A stretch of DNA of 64,000 nt from Octopus vulgaris. Its lineage: Eukaryota. The number at the start of each line of letters is the position of its first letter. The first letter of the stretch is position 1. Positions 49,306 through 63,429 of this stretch are shown piece after piece. The notes under the pieces are model-generated. The model searched no databases. It saw only the letters and a program-made list of their open reading frames with translations, and was not told the origin of the DNA. The position numbers were made by a program, and so were the translations under genes. The DNA lies in the NCBI GenBank assembly GCA_951406725.2, contig OX597822.1:69316001-69380000 (forward strand), read 5' to 3'.

Positions 49306-50430
49306 GTTGGGTTGTCATAAATAATTTCTGATTTTATTAAACACCTTTACGTATGAAAATTTTTTACAAAGAATTATTTTCAATTATCAGTATAATTGCC
49401 ATTATTTTGAACGACTTCTTGCCATTTATAAGGTAGCTTTTTGATTCATCTCGAATAAAATTCAGCTGGCTTCGAGATGAAGCTGTCTGCATACGTTTTC
49501 ATCTGATTTTGTGAAACATTTCCCCCTCAGAACATTTTGTAGAGAGCAATAAAGATGGAAATCAATTTCTGCAAGGTCTGGCGAATAAGGTAGATGGTGT
49601 AGAACAAACCAGCCCAAATCCAGTATTTTTCCCTTGATGAGCGCAGGGGATTTTCTTAAAACATTTTCATGCACACGTTGCAGCTTTTGAGAGTCGGCGT
49701 TTAGTGTCTGATTGCGGTTTAAAAATACAAAATGAATAATACCGCGGTGATCCCGTCATACACACAACATAACCTTCCTTTCATGAAACCCAGCATTTGA
49801 AGTAGGTTGTGGAGATTTATCCCTTTCAATCCACTGCCTTTTGCGTTAATATTGTCATAAAATGTCAATTTTTCCTCACCTATAACGATATTATGAAGAA
49901 CGAGTCATTGCTCTACCTTGAAAGAAGACTTGTCGCTATGGACATGTGATTTCAGTTCTTCGCACTAAGAGTATTGGTAGCCCCAAGCACCCGGCTTGCT
50001 AACTTTTCCTATTTTTTCCAAGTGGCGGCAGATGGTGGATTGGGATGTGCTGAAGTCGATAGCTAATTCCCGAGTACTTTTACGAGGATTGAATTCCATC
50101 TTGATCGAAGTCTGATGAGCGTCCTGATCTACCCTTAAGTAATGTCACCTTGGTAATAAACACTGCATATTTTATTAGCTGTTTCTGGGGCGTTTTTTCC
50201 ACTCATAAAGTCCCTTTTCACATTTGGAATATGCACTTTCAGTTCATTCATTTTAGGAAAGTGGAATTTAATATTAAACTATGATGTGCATGATTTCACT
50301 GCTTTAATATGAATGGCAGATGAAGCTGTTTTAAAAATAGTAATTTTCACTTCAATTTTAAATATCTAAAATTCGAAATGCGTCGTTACAATTTACTTAA
50401 AAAAAAAAACATTTATAACTCGACCTAATA
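49306..50430 (-). mobile_element. Decayed mariner (DD34D) transposon
   Basis: HENV...LHHLPYSPDLAEIDFHLYCSLQN matches the mariner YSPDLAP-D motif. Ends resemble tattgggttg.../...cgacctaata TIRs. Confidence 0.8.
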
Positions 50431-51995
50431 TTAAAGAAAATTCTGCTTGATTGTTTGAAGACAATGTGACAGGTTTGGTCACATAAATCTGCCTCAGCAG
50501 GTGTTGTGAAATTTTTTTTATGTACCCTCCACCCGTTTATAAAACCCTGTTGTTCTTGCCGATCGAAAAGCAGTAAACCAGTTGCAAACTTTTACACAAC
50601 GCCTCACTATGCGTTAATAGCGATGTAAAATAATGGGTGTATAGATTGTGCAAGCATACTTTGCATGTGCAGAAAGACCCCCGCCCCCAACTTCAAGCAA
50701 ATGATATTAGTGTGTGTGTGTCAGTATAAGTTGTTCTACATTTCCACTATTATTTATGTTTAAGGATTGTACGCAACTAGTGTCGGGTCGCACGTGGGTG
50801 CTACTGATTTGGCATGCAACCTAGGACAACTTGTTGCATGATCGAGCTGGCAGAATCGTTAGCACGCCGGGCGAAATACTTTGTGGTATTTCGCCTGCCG
50901 CTGCGTTCTGAGTTCAAATTCCGCCGAGGTCGACTTTGCCTTTTATCCTTTCGGGGTCGATAAATTAAGTACCAGTTACGCGCTGGGCTCGATATAATCG
51001 ACTTAATCCGTTTGTCTGTCCTTGTTTGTCCCCTCTATGTTTAGCTCCTTGTGGGTAGTAAAGAAATAGAAATAGGTATTCGTCTGACGTTACGTTCTGT
51101 GTTCAAATTCCTCTGAGGTCAACTTTGCCTTTTATCCTTTCTGGTTCGATTAAATAAGTACCAGTTACACACTGGAGTCAATGTAATCGACTTAATACCT
51201 TTGTCTGCCCTTGTTTATCCCCTCTATGTTTAGCCCCCTCTGGGCAATGAAGAAATAAATAAATGTTACACATCCAATGATTATTTATATTTGTATTCTT
51301 TTGTTTCAGCATCACCCTGGAGCATCACCCTGAGGGTTTCTTTTTAGTCGAAGAAATCGACCCTAGGACTTATTCTTCGTAAGCCTAGTACTTATTCTAT
51401 CGTCTCTTTGCCGAACCGCTAAGTTACAGAGACATAAAAACACCAGCGATGACGGGGGGACAAACGCAGATACACACGCGTGAATACACAAACACGCACA
51501 CACATACACACACACACGCACACACACGCACGCACACGCACGCACACACACACATACGATGGGCTGCTTTAAGTTTCCTTCCACCAACTCCACTCACAAG
51601 GCTTTGGTCGGTCCGAGGCAATAGTAGAAGACACTTGCTTAAGGTGGCTTGCAGTGGGACTGAACCCGGAACCATGTGGTTAGGAAGCAAGCTTCTTACT
51701 ACACAGCTACGCCGGTACCTATATATGTATTTGGGAGAATAATGCTCTTTTCTGAAACCTTTTGAGAACTCATTTGGTGTGAGTGTTCTTTTCAAGATGA
51801 ACGGTGGGTTAAAAAGGTGACGATTATATTGCACAGGCATTTGTTACTATAATATCTAATGTGCAGATCTTTGCACCTATCGTTTTTTGTCTTTTTATCT
51901 TGACTAAAGACTTGGACTTTTTGAACTATAAACTGCTGGCTGACCCCACCTTTTTTTGCAACGATTGCAGTTCAGAACAAATATTAAGGATGTCA

Positions 51996-54685
51996 GCTTT
52001 ATATATAATACAGATGTCTGTCTGTCTGTGAACTGCATGCATTTCTACATTTTACAACCGATTTGCACCAAATTTCATACATAGGTTTCTGAAGTCCTAT
52101 TACGCATCGTAGGCTTTTATTTTCCCATACATCGATTGTAAGGGCCCTCAGGGGAAGATAACTCCCTTAAGCCTCTCTGTCTGAGTCAGCAGTACTACCG
52201 CATAAAGGCACCATAATTCCTGCAGTTGCCTCCCATCTTCACCAAAATTAATCTTTTGTTTTCTTATGGCCTACAAATAAAATTGCAAGCATGCACTTGC
52301 GCAAAAATTCAGGTAGGGGACACCCTGGGGCAGTAAACCGATTTTGATGAATGTTGAAGTTGATATCATCAATGCAACAAAACGTCATAACTGCTTGAGT
52401 TGGAGTTTGGTTTCCACGAAACGAGACGTATTGATTACCTATGGCTAACAGAGGAAGGTGAACACATGAACTTTTACTTGAACTTATCAAAGGGACCCCT
52501 GGAGTGCAGTAAGCCCCTTCGACTTATCTATTGAAGTTCACATTAACACTATTAGTACCTGATAACTTTTGAAGTTTACGTTTGATTTTAACTTTACGGG
52601 ATACATTGGTTACCCATTGCCTAAAGATGATGTTGAAAACACTGTCTATACTCGGAACAAGCCAGAGGACCCCCAGGGGGCAGTAAGCCCCGGCGAGTCA
52701 TTTATTGAATTTGGCTATTGTAATGCAGCAAAGGGTAATAGTTTCGATAATTGGTAGGCCCATAAAATGAATTTCGACTCAGTTGTTATTCATTTACTAC
52801 AGTTGAAGATACAGCGATGCACATTTACTTCCATTTCAATTCAGAAAGAGAACCCCCTTGGAGACAATGAGCCTAAATCATTAACCCATAAAAGTTCAAA
52901 CTGCCACAATAAAACAGCATCAGAACCTCAGGTGTTTATTATGGTTATTGCCTGCCATAAGATAAAATACCGCACATTCGTTATCATTTGAATTCTGCAA
53001 GGGAACCCCCTAGGGAGTTGCAGTGAGCCCCTTTGGACCACTTTTAAAATTCATACTATGGTCGCAGCAAAGCATTTTAACGTCTGGAAATAACAGTCGA
53101 TTTAAACGAAAGTTGACGCATCGGTTACTCATGTCCTACAAATGGAATAGCAAATTTTAAAATCCCCCTGACTAAACTTTAGTTTTCTCAGTTAAATTTA
53201 GGATGATTGAATTTAACTTTGCACCCGATTGTCTCCCCCTTGTAATTGCACCACAATTAAGTGTGGAATGGGAAGTTAATTTTTTTCCCTTGAACTTTGG
53301 TGTCATTTCACGCTCCTAACCAAGAAAGCGCGATTTAACCCTGGTGTAAAGTTTAACGCCAACTGTATATGGATTGTGCTATTTCACAATTATACCTAAC
53401 TGTGCGAATTAGTTTTTGCATCCGGTTGTCTCCCCCTGTTTAATTGACTCCCAATTAAGTCCGAAATGGTGACCTCTAGCCAACCACACATCAGTGAGTT
53501 GTGTTCAGCAGATTTCATCATACTTATACTATCTAACCATGTTACTGAGGCAACAATACTTACAGTATGTGATAAGGAAAGTATTATCTTCATACCAGGC
53601 TTATCTCTTATTCCATCTGGTAAAGACATTCCTTTCACATTCAGAAGGCTGCAATTCCCTCTCCGGCTCAGCTTCACCATGTTGATTAACAAATCACATG
53701 GTCAGACGCTGACGGTAGTAGGGCTTAATTTAGAAGAACCATGTTTCTCCTATGGTCACATGTATGTTGGCTGCTCTCGAGTTTGCTTTTTCAACTCGTG
53801 AGAAAACCCCAACATATAGTCTATAGGGAATTTTTGTAGGCGCCCTATTCGCCAACAAGTAATCGCTGTTTTTTTTTTTGTGTGTGTGTGTGTGTGTAAG
53901 TGCCTACATTTGTTGTATCCGTGTGCTATTTTTGTCCTTTTGACAATATCACGAACCCTCTGAAGTTGCTTTTGCCATACGTTATAACTGTTCAATGTCT
54001 CCGTTTTCCGTATTTATATGTTGCCATCACGCTTTACAATTGATGTCCTGTAGTTATAACTTAATTAATCTACATTTCCCTACATCTTATTTACACACTT
54101 TTTTTGACATTCAAGTGTGATCTTGCCAGGCCGTTTTTGAGGCCAAGGACTTTTACATGCTTTTCTAAGTTACAATCTCAAATAACAAGCAAAGTAAATA
54201 GACACACCAAAGTAGTGTGAAGGACTTCTTAAGGGCCACCACCTCTAATCGGAGTCGTCTTTGCTGACAGCTCTGCTGCTGGGACTTTTAAGAGTGAACG
54301 ATCTGAGGTCATCAAGACTAAATTGTTAGATCAGGGTCAGCAAGATTAAATTGTTACCATCGGATAATTCAAAGTGAACGTTAAAAGGTCCTCTTCAGGA
54401 CTACCAACTATAAATTGTTATCGCTTTATTCGTCTTTGCTGGCAGCACCGCCACTGGGACTTTTAAGAGTGAACAATCCAAGGCTTTCTTCAGGGCCAGC
54501 AAGATTAAATTGTTACCATCAGATTCATATTTGCTGGCAGCATCGCCGCAGTGATATTTCATAGTGAACATTCAAAACCCCTAAAGTGTTATTTCTATAG
54601 TCGTGTTTGACTGAAGCCTTTCGGTTCATTTGAACGACTACTTTATCGAGAGTTATACCGGGCAACGCCGAGTACCTCTGCTTGT
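51996..54685 (+). mobile_element. Non-autonomous Helitron retaining a PIF1-helicase C-terminal fragment
   Basis: ORF 53466-53801 IPFTFRRLQFPLRLSFTMLINKSHGQTL..VGLNLEEPCFSYGHMYVGCSRV matches RepHel helicase motifs V/VI. 5' ctttatatataata + (TCTG)n; 3' hairpin ccgggcaacgccgag then cttgt. Internal short tandem repeats at 54255-54570. Confidence 0.8.
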
Positions 54686-55309
54686 AGACAATAAAATATC
54701 ATCACGAAGTGCACATAGAAGATTAAATAAAGATGGACCCAGTCGTGATTCTCTGGTTATAGATGCTGTTGCATCCTCCGCTCACGTGTTATCTGTGGCT
54801 GGGAAGTGAATATTGTACTGTTGCACTGTTATGTTTTCTTCATTGGGTACCTATGACAGGAAGGCACTAAGTCTTAAAAAGAAAGTGGGATTGAAAAGTG
54901 GTAATACTCGATAGCCACATTGTGTGAGTGTGAGTGTGTGTGTGTGACTGGCTGGCTGGCTGTATCTATGAGGAAGAAATTGCGATAAACACAAGTTTAA
55001 ATATTTTGTTCCTATGTACATTTCACATTGTGGTTGTTTGGAACTCTGTATTCGATGTTCCAAGTATACTTGAATGCTTAACAGCAACGGATTATCGGGC
55101 GGACACCTTATTGCATAACAGAGAACAAAATTTTTATATATATATGCATATATATTTGAGGTAAACTTGTTTGAAATTAATGGTGTTTCATTGCCGCTGC
55201 CATTTTTGACGATGAACATGGCTTATAGATTAGAATGCTGGGTTCACGATCATAGGGTCACCCGATCAGTTTCTTGACTGAGCGGCGCATTGTTTCCTTC
55301 AGCAAAACA

Positions 55310-55357
<48 letters not shown>

Positions 55358-55358
<1 letters not shown>

Positions 55359-56615
55359 GGGGTGTGATGGGTAAATTGTCTCCATTTTATATTTTTAATT
55401 TCGCGCATGCGCATTATTTGATTTTGATTTTAGCGACTACATGGTATAGTAGAGTCAGCTGGGCACCGTCTGTGAAAAAAAACAGCACCTTGACGCAATT
55501 CACTCTGCCAGAAATTTGGAAACGACAAGATGTACTTCTTAGCATTCGTACCGGGAGGCCCAATACGAACATTTCAGAGTGTTTGGGTGTCAATCTGAGG
55601 ATAGTGCAGGGGGTTCGGAAAGAGTTGGATGATCTAATGGTGATCGTTGTGATAAGAAAACAACTCCCGAATTTGTTGGTGCGACCCACTCCATGATTGA
55701 CAACGATTCCTCCAAGTCAGTCAGGTCCATCACTCGGAAAATGGGAGTGTTTGAGTTCCTTATCAGGCAGGTAATGTATGAAGACATTCGATATTCTTCA
55801 TACAAGATGAGAAAGGGCCAATTTTTATCCCAAGCCTTCAAGGACAAAAGGAAAGACTGCGCTACGAAGCTTTTCGACAAAGTCAAGCATCCCCTCCAAC
55901 TGAACATACTTTGGTTTTTCTTTGACAAGAAAAATGTCTGTCAGGATCAGATGGTGAACACACAGAACAACCGTTGGCTTGCTGTGTCCCCAAAACATAT
56001 ACCGAGAGTGATAAAAATCAAACATCCAGTCAGTATCATGGTGTTTAGAGCGATCACTAGTGATGGCGACGCTATGCCTCCATAAATCTTCCCACACGGC
56101 CTCAGACTCAACACGGAGGCCTACATCAAGTACTTGGAAGATGTAATGCTGTCCTGGATCAAGAGGGTGTTTGCTGGAAGACCCTATGCCCAACAACAGG
56201 ATTCTGCACTGTGCCACACAAGTAGGAGAATCCAGTGATGGCTGTCAAACAATTTCTGCGACCATATCACCCCTAAGGTCTGGCTACCTAACTCCCCAGA
56301 CTGCAACCCCCTTGATTATTATGTGTGGGTCGCAGTTGAGCGAGAGACCAACAAAATTCTTTGTAACACCAAAGATGAATTGAAGGCAAGGGTTATGGCA
56401 GCAACTTAAACAATACCTTCCAGAAGAGTTGCATGAGATTCTGAAGTTATCTGGAGGCCGTGGTTGAAGCCAATGGCGATTTTATTGAATAAATTTACTC
56501 TTTAGTATTTCAAGATATTTTTATGTAATTTTGGTAAATATATCTGTTAAAGTGAGATGTCAGTGTCATTTTCATTTTCGCGTAATTTAGACGACAATTT
56601 ATTCCTCGCACCCTG
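55358..56615 (+). mobile_element. Decayed Tc1/mariner-superfamily transposon, DD37D (maT)-like
   Basis: TIRs cggggtgtgatgggtaaattgtc / gacaatttattcctcgcaccctg flanked by TA. Fragments FFDKK..QNNRW, HPVSIMV and WLPNSPDCNPLDYYVW. Confidence 0.85.
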
Positions 56616-56867
56616 TATATATTCATAATTATACGCACATACACACATATCTGGGGGTGGAGGAAGGTACTGAATCGCACAACCTAGTTAAAATATCGTT
56701 GTCTACATACAATGTTCTAATGGAAGACGACTCCATCATTTAACAAACTACAGCTATAGTGGGTAAGTTAGTATCAGCAGTGAACCACAAGCTATATTCA
56801 TAACAGGAGAGTTGGTAGAAATATTAATAAACTCAAATGACATAAAGCGTCAATAATATTAAGGTTT

Positions 56868-57470
56868 AAGGTGGCGAGCTGGCAGAAACGTTAGCACGTC
56901 GGGCGAAATGCGTAGCCGTATTTCGTCTGCCGTTACGTTCTGAGTTCAAATTCCGCCGAGGTCGACTTTGCCTTTCATCCTTTCGGGGTCAATAAATCAA
57001 ATACCAGTTACGCACTGGGGTCGATATAATCGATTTAATCCGTTTGTCTGTCCTTGTTTGTCCCCTCTGTGTTTAGCCCCTTGTAGGTGGTATAGAAATA
57101 GGTATTTTGCCTGCCGCTACGTTCTGAGTTCAAATTCTGCCGATGTCGACTTTACCTTTCATCCTTTTGGGGTCGATTAAATAAGTACCAGTTATGCAAT
57201 GGGGTCGATATAATCGACTTAATCCGTTTGTCTGTCCTTGTTTGTCCTCTCAGTGTTTAGCCCCTTGAGGGTTGTAAAGAAATAGGTATTTCGTCTGCCA
57301 CTACGTTCTGAGTTCAAATTCCGCCGAGATCGACTTTGCCTTTAATCCTTTCGAGGTCGATAAATTAGGTACCAGTTGCGAGGTCGATAAATTAAGTACC
57401 AGTTGGGTCGATCTAATCGACTAGTCCCTCCCCAAAAATTTCAGGCCTTGTACCGAGAGTAAAAAAGAAT
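56868..57470 (+). mobile_element. tRNA-derived SINE family C (ggcgagctggcagaa...) with internal ~175-bp tandem reiteration
   Basis: Body gttctgagttcaaattccgccgaggtcgactttgcctttcatcctttcggggtc occurs three times here. Other copies at ~22035-22425, 38512-38810, 50843-51260, and 60890-61635 (minus, stacked). Confidence 0.85.
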
Positions 57471-59509
57471 AATATAAAGGTTTGAGATCTTGTTTTCGTC
57501 AGAGAGGGAGGAGGAGCGAGGGAGCATATTTGTTTTGTTCGGTGGTAAACTTATGACCAATATAACTCATGCGTTAAATATTGCTGACGTTGACCACTAT
57601 CAGTTACTTCCCATTCCATATTGAACGTTATACTCATAATAGAATATAGCAACGTTTCTTGTGTGATTTTACTTTTCGTTGATCCTGAAAATATTATAAC
57701 AGGCACAAATCTCTAATTGGGTTAAAGGTCTCGTAAAGGATTGATGTAAATGACTGATGAATAGTTGTTAGTCTAAAAATAATCCGCCTTCATTTATGAG
57801 ACATTTATGAGACAGGATACAATTATAAAAGAAAATGTATATGAAACGAACATTGGTTTGTTCATTGGTGAACTTATCGTTTTTATTATGGTTCGGTGAT
57901 ACCTGATACAATATTAAAAAAAATTATATAACTAGTATTGCTCATTTTATTGATAGTGAATATGTCTTTATTGTAAAGCAGTGATACAGGATACAAATTA
58001 TATTGTATTCTGTATACAAAAATATAAGAAACGTATTGCTTGGTTGATTGATGGAAGACCCATAACTTCTATTACGATTCAGTAATTCCAGATACGTAAC
58101 AAGATCTGGGCAGATTAATGATTATTAAACCATAGCGAAAGATTGAAGGAAAATTATTAAAAAAAAACACAGTTATAAGTAATATGATAAGGTTTATAAT
58201 TTTTATGAGGAAAGGATAGTCCATAATGCTTCGTTTTAATAAATTCAACTGATTACCGCATATTACCAAATATTACTTACTACAATGGCTCTTCGATAGA
58301 GTGTGATTTTTCAGATATTTAATGGCGGAAATGGGAAAGAAATAAGAAAGGTTAATTGGCATGGACATGAAGAGAATCATAAGATAATCGCAGTGATTGA
58401 GAAATATATTATATATGTGTGTATGCGTGTGTTTGTGTGTGCATGTGAGTGTGTGTTTGTGTGTGTATTTGAGTGTGTGTTTGTGTATGTGGCTGAAGTG
58501 AGTGAGATATAGGGTTAAAGGAGGAGGGCTAAGAGAGTGGTGCTTAAGATAAGAGATAATGAGAGGGAAGCTAAACAACTATTCATTACTGCTTAACTAA
58601 AGCGCCTTAGCTTTTTAATTATGGTAAAGAGGGTCACCCTATTAAAATCACTTACCAGCACATGGCAACAACTTTCTTCTTCTTTCTCTCTCTCTCTCTT
58701 TCTATCTATATATCTATCTCTGCCTCTCTACCTTTCTGTTGTTGGGATAATAGTAATAAAGGTACACCCCTCCCACATGATGAGTGGTATGTAATAGTCG
58801 CTATAAATAAGGTGACGTCGGTTAGTATAGGGAAAGAGTAAGAAGTAGACGGTCATAGTCGTGTCTTTACTGGTATAACAACTACACAGCTATACCGAAG
58901 TGGGCGTTATAACAATCCGACATTAAGAATTTTATAACACTTTCCAACCGTAGCTACAGTGCCTTTTACTCCTCAGAGCTGGTAGATCTCGTTCCTCACC
59001 CACTCGGGCATTTCAAATTCCCTCACCTGTCTTCCTTCCATTATCCAGTTTTATGTATCCATACCCAGGCTCCTTTCTTCCTAGAACGTAGGCTGCCTGA
59101 AATTTCCTGAATCCACATACATTTTGTTGTTCTTTTTCCTGCTACTCTCGCCTGATGTCTATTGAAGAGGAGAAATTAAACGTGTCGATTTCACCAATAT
59201 CGACTGACCTGTGAAAGCTACGAGTATAACCCTTACCTAATATAAGCTACATAAAAAAGTGGTTGGCATAGGAATTAGTGGGAATAAGGTCTAGTGGTGA
59301 TACACTGACAGATTGTGGTTGAGTGTATTAGTAATAGGTATGCAAACACGCAGCTGTAAAGACCTCACAAACAAGTGTGTTAGGCAAAAAAAAACTCCCA
59401 ACGAGTCGAGTAGTGACAACCTTGCGGATGGGTGGACGACAGGATTATAGGAATTACAAACGAGTGTTCACACCACTTGGAACAAAAGTTTACAGTCGGT
59501 CCTCTAAAA

Positions 59510-59739
59510 CACTGCTTCTCAACCACTTTGTGCCTATGGACCCCGTTTTATTCTTATTTTAATCAGGGGACCCTCATAATCATTTCATGTCTAAAAACTC
59601 CAATTAGGAATTGTATAAAAAAATATTTTAATATTTTGTGCATTGTAGAAATATAACCAATTTATTGCATATAAATTTTAAACAATAAAATCTTACAGGG
59701 ACCCCCAAGAGCCATTTGGATCCAGATTGAGAAGCACTG
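59510..59739. mobile_element. hAT (Charlie-type) MITE with 8-bp target site duplication
   Basis: TIRs cactgcttctcaa / ttgagaagcactg. Identical 8-bp flanks ctctaaaa at 59502-59509 and 59740-59747. Confidence 0.85.
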
Positions 59740-60387
59740 CTCTAAAATAAGCGCTAATAATTTATCAGAGGTCAACATTTGATATCAGAATATTGGCCTT
59801 CATTCATAAATGAAAGAGAATTGAATTGGCTTCCATCTGTCTCATAATAGTACTTGTATAGAAAAAAAATCAACATCATAATGACGGTAACAGCAACCAG
59901 ATTATTAGAAAGGTTAATGGTTTGTTATTTAATTATTATTAATTTGTACGAACTGATAGTCCGTAGTGGTAGCGTTCATCTATGAACATAAAAATTTCCC
60001 AGTTATACATCATTGTTGATCTGAGTCCTCACATTCATATGAAATCTGCCATACTGAAAGATATGTTCTCACATAGTATCTTCCCTGCAACACCGCTAAA
60101 TGTTCGTAAGACATTTAGCTCTCAGTGGGAAAACTAACTCTTTCGAGATGTAAAAATTATAGTTAAATATCTCACCACTGTAAAAAGAATGAGCAGTATT
60201 TATTTTGTTTTATTGCTGAATTCTCTTTTTTAACCTTGGAAGGTGATCAGAGCGATTCTAATCTGACTTGCACGTAGTTCAATAAATGAATAAGTAATGA
60301 AATTTGAGATTCATAACTCACTGGGTTACGAAGCCCAAACAACTAATGTAAACAACGAAATAACAATTTGATATTTTGTTTTTGCAG

Positions 60388-60805
60388 GGAAAAGACAATT
60401 CCTCCACGTTGACGGCCCCGGTATCTTCTGCTAATATCACAAAGGACTCAAGTGAATCCCAAATGAACGGAAACGACATCGAGCTGAAGTCAAAGCAGCC
60501 TATTTTGGAGGCATCAGGGGAAAATTCTGGAAGCAATGGTCCGTTATTCAATCCGATTTCTAAGACGGGTACAGACACTTATTGTCCGGAAGCGAGGACA
60601 GGCTGTGTCTCGTCTGATGGAGAGCAGACGCTCATAGATAAAGATGTAGAGAAAACTATATGCTCGGGTCCGAGTCATATGCAAGATACTACAAAACGAG
60701 AAACATGGGGAGGTACAATAGATTTCCTTTTATCAATTATAGGTTTTGCAGTCGATCTTGCCAATGTGTGGAGATTTCCTTATTTATGTTACCGTAATGG
60801 TGGCG
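60388..60805 (+). CDS. Coding exon (N-terminal tail + TM1) of an SLC6 Na+/Cl- dependent monoamine transporter, catecholamine/octopamine (DAT/NET/OAT-like) type
   Basis: Translation contains [36 protein letters not shown](G), the SLC6 signature with the monoamine-specific TM1 Asp and GFAVDLAN (not SERT-type DLGN). Acceptor ttttgtttttgcag ends at 60387; donor G|gtaagt starts at 60806 (phase 1 inside NGGG). In-frame ATG at 60463. No further exons recognised in the window. Confidence 0.93.
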
Positions 60806-61664
60806 GTAAGTAGCAAACATTTTCTTGCATCATCCTTTTTCAATTTCTGTTACACAACGCCACTATAATGATGATAATGATATTTTCTACTATAGACACA
60901 AGGCTTGAAAATTTTCTGAGAGAGAGATCGTCGATTGCATCGACCCGAGTGCCCCGATAGGATGAAAGGTAAAGTCGACATCGGTAGGATTTGAACATAG
61001 AACGTAAAGACGAACGAAATGCCGCCAAGCCTTTGTCCGGTGCGGTAACGATTCTGCCAGCTTGCAGCCTCAGCGGAGTCGATTTGGGTGGGATTTGGGT
61101 TTTTAAACGTAAACCCGGAAGAAATACCACATTTTGTCCAACGTGCTGATCTTCTGCCAGCTCGCCGCCTTAGTAGTAATAGTAATAATAATTATTATTA
61201 TTTCTGCTCTAGGCACAAGGCCTGAAATTTTGGGGATGGGAATAGTCGATTACATCGATCCCAGTACTCAACTGGTGCTTAATCTATCAACCCCGAAAGG
61301 ATGAAAGGCAAAGTCGACCTCGGTGGAATTTGAACTCAGAACGTTGCGACTGACGAAATGCCGCTAGGCATTTCGCCCGACGTGCTAACTATTCTGCCAG
61401 CTCGCCGCCTTAATAATAATAATCCTTTCTACTAAAGGCACAAGGCTTGAGATTTGGGGGAGGGGTGTAGTCGATTACATTAATCGCAGTATTTCACTGG
61501 TACTTAATTTATCGACCACGAAAAGATAAAAGGCAAAGCTAACCTCGGCGGTATTTGAACTCAGAACGTAGGCACGGGTGAAATACCACTAATCATTTCA
61601 TTCAGCATGCTAACAATTCTCCCAGCTCGCCGCCGTAATAATAATAATAATAATAATAATAATG

Positions 61665-61723
<59 letters not shown>

Positions 61724-61724
<1 letters not shown>

Positions 61725-62270
61725 GTGTGTGTATTTTCATTGGCTCTTATGCCGTAAATACCAATATGAAGTAACAGAGAACTGGTATGAGAATGTACCA
61801 AGTAAAGTTATGCAGGATGATAGAAAAGTAACGATGCTCTGGAACTATGGTTTTCAAACGGATCGTGTAATCGAACACCGTCGGCCGGATATTATTATAT
61901 TGAATAAGAAATACAAATACTGTCAGATCATTGATGTAGCCAGACCAAATGACATGAATGTTGTTAGTAAAGAGATTGAAAAAAATCACCAAGTACTCCG
62001 AATTGAAAGTGGAAATGGAATGCGAGAGGGTAATGTAAAAGTGGTACCAGTGGTGATCGAAGCGTTGTGCTCAATCCCATTGAAACTTCAAGACTTCTTA
62101 AGACAAATGGCAATCCCATGCAAGATTAATGTCTTGCAAAAAGCAGCCTTATTGGGACAGCGCACATATGTATGAAAGTATTATCTGTCCGAGGTCCCTG
62201 TTGTGATTTGACAGAGAATTAAAGACTCGGTGCATTTTTACCTACACTGTGTTACGAAGGAATAATAAAT
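61724..62270 (+). mobile_element. R4/Dong-like non-LTR retrotransposon 3' fragment (restriction-like endonuclease)
   Basis: HWLLC..WY..P..V....LWNYGFQTDRVIEHRRPDIII..IIDVARPND...KEIEK...VVPVVI matches the PD-(D/E)xK domain. Directly follows a (TAA)n tract. A second decayed piece lies at ~62290-62530. Confidence 0.78.
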
Positions 62271-63201
62271 AAATGAATAAAGAAACATGTGCCAAATATG
62301 GTACGTGACAACGACCAGGCCACAATCTGAGATGTACCTATTCTAACTGACAAAGAAATAAAAGCTAATCGCCCAAACATAATAATCAAGGATTGGAAAA
62401 AAAAGCATCTGCTTACTGATAGACATTACAGTCCTTTCAAAAGATTATCCAAAATAATGGAGAAATTTTTAATGTACAAAAACCACGAAATTGAAATATT
62501 CAAAATGTGGAATATGAAAGTGAAATGTTTAGCTGTACTTCGTCTACCGATACGTCCTGAATTCAAACTCTGCCGAGGTCGACTTTACCTTTCATCCTTT
62601 CAGGGTTGATAAATTAAGTACCAGTTGCGTACTGGGTCGATCTCGTTGACTGGTCCCCTCCTGCCAAATTTCGGGCCTCGTGCCTAGAGTAGAAAAGATT
62701 ATTATTATTATTATTATTGAGTGAGAGAGCAGTGCATGCCATCAAAGTGACACTGGGGTAAGATATATGAAGCCCAGTATACCCATCATGATTACCCGTC
62801 TGATAAAGGTACACTAGGCACATGCATAACAACCATATGAGCGCGATACGGTGATCTCATATAAAAATAAACAGCACATGACCTTGCAGGTGGGACCCAG
62901 TTAGAAGTTTCTTGAAGTCAAGTAGCCCATCCTGCTCAAAACGTCCCTGAATAAGGGTTGTTTAAGGGTGTTGAACGAAAGGCCCTTGTTTCCAGAGGTG
63001 AATTATTCAAACCACCAAAGAATTCCTCTCAACACATGGCTATTATGCTCCTCCAGTATTTCTGCTCGTGATTAGAGATGCACGTATCGTCAGCCACTAG
63101 GAACATGGTCAACTGTTTAAGGTCAAACAGCTAACAAGCATATACATAACACTTCCAAGATCAGAAGCCATGACAACCAGTGCATGGCAGTGCATCAGGG
63201 C

Positions 63202-63258
<57 letters not shown>

Positions 63259-63363
63259 TTTTTTTTTTCTTCTTTAAAATTGGCTTCCATTTCTTGCCGA
63301 GTGTCTTCCCGACTCCTAGGGCAAAGAAACATTATTATCATTATTATTATTATTATTATTATT

Positions 63364-63396
<33 letters not shown>

Positions 63397-63429
63397 ATTG
63401 TTGTTGTTTTTCGTCTTTCTTCAATTTTT

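Noticed and set aside
53466-53801. Host PIF1 helicase gene exon
   Set aside because: Degenerate motifs, no clear splice sites, and embedded between Helitron-type termini.
59150-59192. Possible hammerhead (ttgaagaggagaaattaaacgtgtc)
   Set aside because: Lacks GAAA and C3, and no stem I; too degenerate to support.
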